Assembly: GCA_012295275.1 (NCBI GenBank)
Contig: CM022665.1
Coordinates: forward strand, 28,458,001 to 28,522,000
DNA: 64,000 bases
From: Chrysomallon squamiferum
Lineage: Eukaryota > Animalia > Mollusca
Reading direction: 5' to 3'
Made by a program: the position numbers and the translations under genes. Below are positions 39,879 through 51,715 of this stretch, in pieces (positions within the stretch are counted from its first letter, which is position 1; each line of letters begins with the position of its first letter). Below the pieces are notes generated by a model. The model had not been told where the DNA came from, did not search any database, and worked only from the letters and a program-made list of their open reading frames with translations.

Positions 39879-41871
39879 TTTATTTTATTTTATTTTATTG
39901 AGAATACACATATAACTCACTATTATTTATTCTGGAAACTACTTATTCAGTTCAATGTTATTTATTCAGGATACTACTCATTCAATTTAGTGTTATTTAT
40001 TCTGGATACATTTAACTCGAAATTACTTGTTCACAATATGCAGTTCAGACAGTATTATTTATTCAGGATGTGTGAACAGCAGTGTAATTCCTGGTGATTT
40101 GAATCAACTCAAAGGAGAGTCTGTACCAGACTATCTGGAGAGGACCATCTACCGATCTGACCGTGGTGTGGCCACTAAGTTTGGTGGTTTGGGGATTGGT
40201 TCAGGAGGGGACAGTGCAGACATGTTTACTGTGGCACTCAAGATCAAACTGGACACCAAAAGCAACAGAAAGGTGAGAGTGATTATTTTCTATGTTTTTA
40301 CAGATATTATACTGAAACAGTCTTACAGACAGTTGTGTTTTAGCTGATGTATAATTTTCTTGGTTTCTGCAACAATAATACCAAAGTTGAAATATAAATT
40401 AATATTTATAAAAATATATTAAAACAATTTTCAAGAGCTTATTAAATGTTTCCTTCATTATCTCTAGCTGCCATTTTAATATATTTTGACTATGAATAAT
40501 CAACACAATTCTTATTTAATGTTTATTTTATTATTTTTAACATTTTATTTTTTATTATTTTATTTTAAGAGTTTTTCTGTATTAATTTTATTTTCTCAAA
40601 TATGAATTTATTCTTCATGTCTTGTAATCTTAGATTATACCATAAAGACAGCAAACAAAACTATTCTTGTTAATGTGCATCATTTATGTATCTGGGGGAT
40701 GGTTTAATACTGTGTTGTGTTTGTTATTTTACAATATTCTGTGTTTTATGTAACAGGATTATCAAGTTTCTATTGGAGTTAGAGGTGCCACTCTGAAACA
40801 CAAAATGGTTCCAAGTGGCCAGAGCTGGATTTCTCAGGTATGAACAAATATATAATAATGATGATGATGATGATGATGATGATAATGATGGTGAAGATGG
40901 GGATGATGTTGATAAGCAGGAGGAACAGGAGGATAGGACAACAATGATGACAGTAATTTAATAGTAACAAAGATAACATCAACAATAACATTAACAAATG
41001 TCCCTCATCTGATATTCTCAGGGACAGACAATAAATTGACTATACTGTTTATGAGTAATGGAAACATTCAATAAAACTTGCAATACCTGTGTATTAACTA
41101 TATTAATTATTTGTGCTTTTTCAGATTTTGATTAATAGACTGTCAAACTGTAATAATGTAATAATAATAATCTACTTTATAGTGCCTTGATTTTCTGGAT
41201 GTGAAGGATTTTCCCATTCTAGGCTACATTGAGCCCAAAATTGTGACAGAACTTCACATGCATCTGTTAAGTTGTGCTGCAGACTACAGGTACATGTTAC
41301 ATCTGGTTACAGCATTAATCAGACTTGTTTGCAAGTCATGTTTGTATTCTATTACTGTAAGATTTTTATACCCTTTCATTGTTATCTTATTTTATTTTTG
41401 TTGTTTTTCCCAATTTTTCTTTTAGTCGCCTTTGTTTTCTTGATGGATTTTCTTGCATGTTTTTTTTGTTGTTGTTGTTGTTGTTTGTTTTTGTTTTGTT
41501 TATAGTTAAAGCATATATTTTAGTATCCTTTGTTAAAGCATATCTTTCTCCTTTCTAGCATCATTTGATAATGTGTATCATTTTCTTTAGACAACACATA
41601 CTTTTCCAGCAGACATACTTGTAGTATCATCCTTTCACAACATATTATTTTTTTATATTTCTTTGAAAACATTAATGTCATTCATGTTATATGTTTGACT
41701 TGGATAACAAAAATCCTGTCAACTACTCAAAAACAAAAACAAACAAAAATTGTTAAAAATAAATGATATATTTATAAAGTCTTTTTGAATTATCTAAATT
41801 TGTTTACCATATACAAATACAACATGTATTCTCAATTTTATACATTTATGTGAAAACTGGCAGACCTACAC

Positions 41872-41941
<70 letters not shown>

Positions 41942-43811
41942 AGCATTTATATATATAAAAGAATATGTACACACATGTTTTCTGGTTTTGTTTTGTTTAT
42001 TTGATAAAGTAATACCCAGAATTAAACCTGAATGCTCACAGAAAATATGTTAATATCATTGTCAGTAATGTAATTTTGAAAATATTATAATTTTTCTTAG
42101 ACTCAACGTGGAAGAAGATCGGTATGCAGTTTACTCATGCTTATTGAGAAATCATGCTGACTGCTTGTTGCAAAACAAAATAACAATATTTGGATATAAT
42201 AATTTTTTTAAAAATACCACATCTTTCAAATACATCTTGAATCATAAAAAAATATTTTAAAACTAATTTAGACGTCATCAACATTCATCCATCGTATTGC
42301 TTCTTGAACTTTATTTTACTATTTTAGTTTCTTTTTTATTTCTTTATTATTTATTTTGATTTCGTTTTCTTTTTTATTTTGCTTTTGCATGTGTGATAGA
42401 TTTCATTTTTATTTTGGATTTAATCAAGTAAAAGTGCACTTAGGAGCTTAAAGAAACACATCAAATCCTGCCTGTTTATTGTACACATCCAACATTGTTA
42501 TTTTGTTTTTCAGCCTTAAACAAAAATATTGTTTAAAATATTATTATCCTTCTCCCAAGGAAAATGTTTTATATATATATCTGTGTTCACATACCCAGTA
42601 TCTTTCCACAGCTTTTAATACAACTGTTTCTTCAGAATTTATTTAAAGATATTAACAATTAAATAAAATACTTTTGTTTAATATCCAGTAGATAATTATT
42701 GTATTGTTTTAACTTTAAGCTAGGAGTTGAATCAATTATTCCCAAACCCAATCACTTCCAATGTGTTTGTGCATTTGAAATGGAATAAATTAATTATAAT
42801 TAAAAAATAGATTTATCTAAAATGTTAATGTAAATAAAGGTGAAAAGGTTTTATTTTTTTTTAAATAATAATAATAATAAACTTCTTGTTTAAAATAAAA
42901 TAAAAATCTGTTTTAATTTAAATGTCATACATGCATTTACACTGCTTTGACACAAATACTTATGTTTATTGAATCTACATCATCATATATATGTGTTTTT
43001 TGTTTTGATTTTTTTTTTTTTTAAACATTGTTTAATGTTTAAATATTAGATTGGATATAGTGAATTGGGATTTTTAAAAGTTAATTGTGTTTTTAGGCTT
43101 TAATAATTAGTTTTTGCTTTATTTAACATGGTTGTTTCTCTCATTTTGTAATGATTAACCAACTGTAAATTAATTCAGGAATTTAAAAATTAAAATTATT
43201 AAAAAATTAAAAAATGAATTACATTAATAAAACAAAATAAATGTATAAAATCAGGTGTTTGTATCAAGGAAACCTCATTCTTTTTCTACTTATTTTTCTT
43301 CTTTTCTTTTTTTTTTCTTTTTATTTATTCTTCTACATGTTTGTTTTGTTTTAGTCATAGTAATAAGTAATAAGAAGTAAATAATAATGTTATATTATTT
43401 TTATTTCATAGAAAAATAAAACCAGCTATTAATTAATGCTTGGTGATTTTTCCGTGTTTTTACAAAAATGTATTTATTTATCTATTTATTTCAGGTTGAG
43501 GTGCACTTTTATGTGCAAAAAATCTATACATGTATTAGTTATTTTAAAGTATTTATTTTCATAAAACACAGAAATAACATAGAGTAAAATAATTTTAGAA
43601 AGAATTAGTTCAAAAGAAATTAAATGTATGTTTATATATATGTATAGATGAATATAAATATATCCATATGTTTTGTTTCTACACCCTGTTTAGGCCACGC
43701 TATCTGCCAATGAGAGCTATTATGGCAGTAGAAGCATTCAGTATCTCCAGTAACATAGTGGCAGGTTCACCAACAACTCTCCTGAGGTAATCATAGACAG
43801 ATAGATAGTGA

Positions 43812-43885
<74 letters not shown>

Positions 43886-45681
43886 GATATGTAGATACAT
43901 AGATAGATATGTAGATAGATACACAGACAGATGGTTACATACATACACACATACATACACACACACACACACAGACATACATGAGTGAGTTGGGTGTATG
44001 GGTAGTAGGTAAATAGGTAGATAGATAGAGATAGGCTAACAAATAGATATATGTAGGTCGATAGATCGACCGATTGAGATAGATAGATATATATAGTGAG
44101 ACAATGATGTGGATAAATATAAATAGGTAGATAGACAGATATATATAGTCAGACAATAATCTGGATAAATATAAATAGGTAGATAGACAGATATATATAG
44201 TCAGACAATGATCTGGATAAATATAAATAGGTAGATAGATAGATACAGATAGGTAGGCAGGAGTGCAGGTAGATAGCTAGACATATAGACAGAGAGAGAA
44301 GCAGATATAAAGACATATAGAGTGTAATAGACAGACATTTATTTTTTAATACTTTTCAGGTTCCGTCTGGAGGATGCAGCTCTTTTTCTGTCTGCTAAGA
44401 ACTACATGGAAGTAAATCTGGAAGAAGGTAATGCTGAAATTATAGGAAAAGCTTTAACAATGTAGACATATTCATGATCAAAACAGGTCGCATCAAACGA
44501 CAATGTGCTCATTAGTAAAAATCTGAAACAGACTATGACTGTAAATTGCTTAGTTTTGACAGATGTTAATGTTTGTATTTCAGACTACGTCTGTGTGGCT
44601 GATTTAGAAAGGTTTGAACTGTCTCTGAGAACAAGTGGTCCCAAAAATCAGGTTTGTACTAACATTTTAATGTCAAAAAGTCATATTGGAAAATACAAGT
44701 GTGGGTAATGATAATAAAAAAAGAAAAGAAAGAGTATCGCTAATAAAGAAGTGTAAAGGTAGGTACTGAATAATAACATATTAGTATGATAATGATTTCT
44801 CTAAATTCCATGAGTGTAAACATAATTGTAAATATAATAAATCCTAGAACTACATAAGGATTTCTCTTTTGTTTTTAGAATGAATTTCATACCTAAGATC
44901 TGTTTGGGGTTTTTGTGTGTGTTGTTTTCATACTTTATTTTTTCCCTTAATATAGAATTTTTATTATTATTATTATTTTTCATAATATATAATTCTTTCA
45001 TTTTTATTTTTATTAATTTATATTTCTTGTTTTCTTTTTTTTTTTTTCTTTTTCTTTTGATCTTTTCTTTTTCATAACAGATCTTCCCTAAAACAAATCT
45101 ACGCTTGTCTAGCAATCGCTTCAACATTCGGACATGTGCTGATTCCTGTAAAGCGCTCACAGAGCTCATTCGATATTTCGCCGACGATGGAGATTTGATA
45201 CCTTGTGACCAGGAGGAGGACAATTGGTCTCAGACTACTGTCAACACTGTGAGTTTTTCACAACAGAATCTCAAATTTGAGGAAGAAAAATATCTTATAG
45301 TGACTTTTTAAAAATGTTTTGTCATTGTATATTAATTATTGATAAAAGTTAATTCATGAAGTATTAATCAGACGGTAACAATGAAATGATAAATACAATG
45401 TATAATGAAATTAATAATGAAGAGGAATATGGGGAAATGACTTAAAGATTTATTTTTTTTAAAACGAAATAGAAGAGAAGAAAGGACAATTATAGTTTTA
45501 CAATCAATTCTTTAAAATTAAAATATTAAAGTATGGTAATTAATGCAATGAAAAATATAATTTATAATTAAATTAATAATCAAGAGGAATACGGGGATAT
45601 GACTGAAAGATTTTTTTTAAGAAAAAGAAAAAACAATTATATCTTATTCTTAGTTTAACAATCAATTCTTTACAATGAAGA

Positions 45682-45735
<54 letters not shown>

Positions 45736-48700
45736 CATTATTATTATATTTCATTTGTTTTTCTTTTGTTTCCTCTTACATCATTGTCTTTCCTTGTCAA
45801 TGTTTTCCAGTCAAAAGATTCATCACAAGCTGTAGACACATCCTCAGAGTCAAGTAGTCTTTCACAGTCTAATCTAGATCATGTACACTCAATGATGGCT
45901 GATGCAATGGAGGAGTCTAGTGGCACAGACTCAGGTTCAGGTAAGAACACATGCAGCTAAGTGAGAATAATTAAATAATTAACTTAATCAGCTTTGCAAA
46001 GGGTTTGAAAGTTTCCAGACGTTTGTCAGACCTTTATGAGGTAATGTGTAATGAAATTTGTTAAATTGTTTCATTAATATTCATTTTTTTAAATTTTACC
46101 AAATGTTTTTTTTTTTTGTTTCCGGATAATATTTTAACAGTATTTAATTTAGTTTTTTACTAATGGGAATAATCCTTTTATTTTATATATATATATAATT
46201 TTAATTCATTTTCAACACTAATTATAATAAATTAATTTCATTTATTAGTGATTTAATTATAGTAATTTTTACAGTAGTATTACTGTTATGTTGCTAATAT
46301 GCTTCAAATTCTAAAGAGGGAAAAAGCTTGAAAAACACTGGATATAGTCCATGGCAAGCAAGTGGTACAGAGAATTAAATTATCAGCACTGATGCACAGC
46401 ACTATTGATTGACTCAAATAACAGCAGCTTTATTTATTTCCATTTTTCAACTAATTTTCTCTGATTGTTTTTAGAATCACCTGAAAGACAGGTAGCAACA
46501 GGCAAGAACACACAGGTGTTCTTCCTTGCTGAAGGTCAGAAACATGTAGGTAATGATAATGGTGGTGGTGATATCATGGACAATGGTGGTCTTCGTGAGA
46601 TCACCATCTCCAACAGTGCTGATTCTGTGAGCAGTAGCATTCACTCTGACCAGACAGAGAAACTGAGTGATGAGGAAGAGTTCTGTATCATCAATGAGGC
46701 TGGCTGGGGAATTGCTGTAAGCTGCTTTCAATGCTTGCCTATCTAATTTAAGAAACTTTTTCATAGATTAGAACTCAGATCAGAAACTGCAGATCTTAAA
46801 ACTGATTTGAGCAACAAGTTTATAAGTTTTGACAGCTCAGTCACTGTAGATCTTTAAAAAAAATGTGACCAACATCTCATAGGTTAGAGCTCAGATTTGA
46901 TTGTTGTCTTCAGAACATTCATCAGTCTGATCACTGGACTGTTTCCTGCTCCATTAACTGCCAGATGACTGGTTTATTAAAGGCTATTTTAAGTGCTTTC
47001 CTCACTACATGGTATATGCATGAGTTTTTATTGGTAGGGTAAGACATATGTGAACCCAGTTTGCATAAACAGTTCCAGTTTGTAGCAACACTATTAATGC
47101 AATAAGTCTGCAGCCTTTGTAAAATTACTAATGTTTGTGAGATCAAAAAAAAAGGGTAAGAAATGGGTAGTAGCAGTGTTTTTACTCTCATACTGTTTTT
47201 AGCAAATGTTTAGTTTGAAACCTAAAAACTGTTAATAAAGTGTTGTCAAATAAACTAATTTAGTCATTTGTGGTAATGTAAATTTTGATATTTTGTTTTC
47301 TGTTAAAGAAAGAACATTTTATTGAGTATAAACATATGTTGTTTAATTTTAATTTTGAATTAAAAAAGTGGTCATTGCATTTGATATTAAATAAGTTAAT
47401 TTATTACACTCTTTATACTTTTTTCTTTGTATTTTTTTCTCTTTTCTTCTTTTTTTTTACTTTAAGAAAAAAGCTTTTTGTTATATTCTTTAAGCTACAT
47501 AACCAAATAACAAACTAAATATTAATATTTCTGATGATATCTTAATCTTTGTTTATTAGCCACGTGATGGGGAACCAGATATTAGAGTATTTGTGAGGGA
47601 ACTCTATATTAATGACAATCACTTCAGTCAGCCATTGGGTAAAATAGACCAGCTGAAAGCACCAGAACATTTCCCAGCTCCAGAGAAAAAATACACACTA
47701 TCTGAACTCACTCTCGTGTGGTACATGTATGGAGGCAAAGACTTTGGTGGAAAACGGAGAGGTAAGTGGTTTTGGGGTAGTGTCATATTTTTAAGCCTTG
47801 TTATTAGGTATGTGTTAGAGATTCTTTCTTTTTTTTTAATTTCATTTTCCATTCTAGTGTGTGATAATCTCTTCTTTTTAAAAAAAAGAAATTTAATTAT
47901 TATTGTTGGTTAAAACCTTTGGTTTGGTAGGAATATATTTCTCTATCTGTATCTGTATCTATCTATCTATCTATCTATTTTTCTATATATATATAAAATA
48001 ATCTCAGTTTAAAAGATATCTTTTTTAATTCAGGAAAATGTTAAAAAAAAAAAAAAAAAGCACACTATTTTTACCTTTTCTTCTTTTAAAAGTTTATTTA
48101 AACATAATCCTAAGGTTTTCACCACATTTTTTTTGTTGTTGTTGGTTTTGGGGGAGGTTGGGGGGTTTCTTTACTGATTTAACTCTGGTGTTTTTAGGGA
48201 GATTTGTAGGGGAGGGTTTATTTTGAGATCAAAGAACATTTCCAACAACTATGTTTTGATTATTTATTCTTTTTTTTTAATTTTTATTTTTTAAATAAAG
48301 AATCTTATTTTTTTATTGTTATTTATTTATCTGCCAGTTAATAATATTCTAATTATTGATAACTTAAAATTTTCTTCAATTTAAAAAAAAAAAAATAATA
48401 ATAATTTTTGGACATTGTGAAATATTAAGTGTACTGATTATATTCTTTATTCTTGTTGTTTCAGATCACAGAAAGACTGATGCAGGAGATCTGTCCTCAA
48501 AATATGATAGGTTAGTAAGTTACCAAAACAGATTTTATAAAACAAGAGAATACATATTATTACTAAATGATATCTAATTGGAGTTAAATAAAACATGGAT
48601 ATAGCTGTATATTAACAAATACAAATTCAAAGGAAGGAGTCGCTTTATTTCTTTGATTGTTTTTTTTTTTTTTTGAATTAAAATAAAACATTGCTCATTG

Positions 48701-50025
48701 AAAAACATTTGTCTTCCACACATTTTGTGAAATCAATTTTCTTTCTTTTTTTTTTTTCATTGTTTTCTTTTTCATTTGTTTGTTTGTTTATTATTGCAAA
48801 AAGGTCAAACTAATTTCAGTTGTGAACTCTGTTAGACAACTTTTTTTTCAGATCAGTTATTTCAGCAGAAGCACTGAAACTTGTTAAATCAGAAAAGTAT
48901 CTTCTTTTAAAATAATTCCTATTTGTTGTTTTCAGATCATCAGTGAGAGGTTCACCAGTTAAAAGAAGCAAATCAAAAGACAGGAAAGTCAGAGATGGAG
49001 ATGTTAACTGGCTCACTAGAGGAGGACCAAACCGAGATCTTAACACTGTCATGGAAATACAGCTAACTAAAGTAAACTTTTATTTTATACCCGTTTTCTT
49101 CTTTCTCTTTATTTTTTTTTACTGTGTTACAGTAAACTTTTGAGAGTACAAACAAATAGCCTAAAAACATCTGTATACTCCAAATAATTATTGTATATGT
49201 TTATGACACTAAATCTTTACTAGTAATAAAATTTGACAGCATACAAATTTCCATTGGTAAAACACTGGCAGATATTTTACTGCTTTTATCATGTTTCTAC
49301 GTATCCATTTCAAAATACTTGACAGACTAAGGACATGGTAACACTGAACTCATTTACACAGACTTTGGGGCTTTGATTTCAAGGGTTCTTTATTTTGCTC
49401 TCTCTATACAGTTACTATTCTTTGCTTTCTTTTCTTTAAAGAAAAAACCCTGTATTATTGTACTTGTATTCCTACATTCATTTTTTTCTCACCATTGTCA
49501 AAACAAACCGTATGTTAATAAACAACATATTTCTTCCACAGACTGAGTTGGATGACTTTGATTCCTCAAACTTTCTTTTGTTAACATAGTTTTGAGATTT
49601 GATGTGTTACACGTTTCAGGTGCAGTGTCAACATGAAGTGTACCCACCCTCTGCTCTGCAAGCATCGAGACAAGTACTTATCATACAAGACTTGGAAATC
49701 AGAGACAGACTTTCATCATCACAGATTAACAAGTTTCTCTACCAGTACACATCAGAATCCATGCCTAGACAGACACATGCAAACATGGTATAATAATTAA
49801 CTTTGAAAATGCACACATACACACTTGTATTTTAATTTGTTTTTACAACTTTATTTTGTTTAACAGTTTTATTAATTTATAAATTGCTTTTTAAATTTTA
49901 AAAAAAAATGTAATTATAACTTTTGTTTTTTAATCATTATTAAAATTGAATGCTTTTTGTTAGGATTAAATTCTCATTACTTATAAAAGAATAATATGAG
50001 AGAGAGAGCGAGAGAGAGCGAGAGC

Positions 50026-50058
<33 letters not shown>

Positions 50059-51680
50059 CGAGAGAGCGAGAGAGAGAGAGAGTATATTATTATGTTTTAT
50101 ATGGTAATTATATCTCAGTTTCTGTTCACATTAAATTGTATTTTACTAGGTACTCATAAAGGCTCTTCACATTCGCCCAGCCTCCTCCACTACTCAGGAA
50201 TGTTCTCTGAAAGTCTCATTACTTCCACTGAGATTCAACATAGACCAGGATGCTCTGTTTTTCATCAAGAACTTCGTTTCAGAACTGGTTGGGGTGGATC
50301 CAAACAGTACACCTACAGTATCGGTCCCTAGTGAACGGACATTGACAGGAAGCCCCAAGGCCACCTCTTTGACCCCACCTCCACCAAAACCCATTATGAA
50401 TGTGAACTCCTCCCCAACAGATAATCTTATAAAGTTTGACGAAATTGATAAAAATATGGGAACTTTAGAAGACAGTGCAAGCTCTGCAGAATCAGATCAT
50501 TCCAGCAGTCAACCTATCTTCTTTAAGTATGTTCTATATATATATATATATTATTATTATTATTGTTATTTTATTATTTGTTTTAGGCTGAGAAGTAATT
50601 TTTATAGATAAACTGTTTGTGACCAGTGTTGTTTGCTATCAAATTTGTTTTCAAGCAAACTGTTTTTGAAAGTTTATTCTGTTAGTTAAATTTTTTTTTT
50701 AAATATTTATTAAATTCCATTTAATGAAAGTATTATATATCCAGTCAGACATTCCCAGCATGATATCCAATTTTACATCAGTGATGTATGTGTCTTATTA
50801 TGACATTGGTTTGGACTTATTTTTATTTAGCCTTTATTTTTCTTTTATTTTTTTACCCCCTCTTAGGTCATTTGTTAGTTTGACAGAAGGACTTTGGATT
50901 ATTTGAATTTATTTATTTATATTGAAACATGTTATTCAGATGAGTTTAATTAATTTATTATTTTTATTTCTTTTCTTTTAGGTCTTTTATTTTCTCCCCT
51001 GATGTACCAATCAGACTGGATTACCATGGTAAAAGAGTGGATATGGAACAGGTGTGAATATTAAAATGAATTTAAAATCTCAGTAAAAAAGTTTAGTGCA
51101 TTAAACTAGTAGAAATTCATGACGAAACTTAAAAATATTTTATTTTTCAATTTTTATATTTTCATGATGCAAAATGGTGATTAAACCTTGTATTCTTCAT
51201 TTATTCTGATTTGCTTTAATAAAGATTTGCATAGCAATAAGAATAATGTGCATCAGAAAACAGTGTTTAAATAGAGAGATGATTTAGAAATTCTTAAATC
51301 TAAGCAATACTAGGTAGTTCAGTTAGAGAGCAAGTCTACAGCATAATGATCATAGAATATTTCTCAGTTTCATGCTCCAGTAGCATCATTTGACATGTTT
51401 ATCAAACACTGTGATAATTATTTCTGTGGAAAGTAAGTGATATAACAATATGTTCCATGTTCCTATTCAGTACAAGTAGCCCACAGTTTGGTATCACTGG
51501 GTTTCCTCTTTGATATGATAATGTTTCAGAACAGTATAAATGTTAATATTGTTGAATGTATTTGCTGGTTGATTTGTTTCAGGGCACATTCCAGGGTCTG
51601 CTTGTTGGTTTAGCCCAGCTGAATTCATCTGAACTCAAACTCAAAAGACTCAACTACAAACACGGGTAATGATTTATAAC

Positions 51681-51715
<35 letters not shown>

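Noticed and set aside
48852-48896. Possible extra 45-nt phase-2 ATG2 exon (SVISAEALKLVKSEK)
   Set aside because: It would leave only a 39-nt intron before exon 34, far shorter than any other intron here, and read-through hits a stop.
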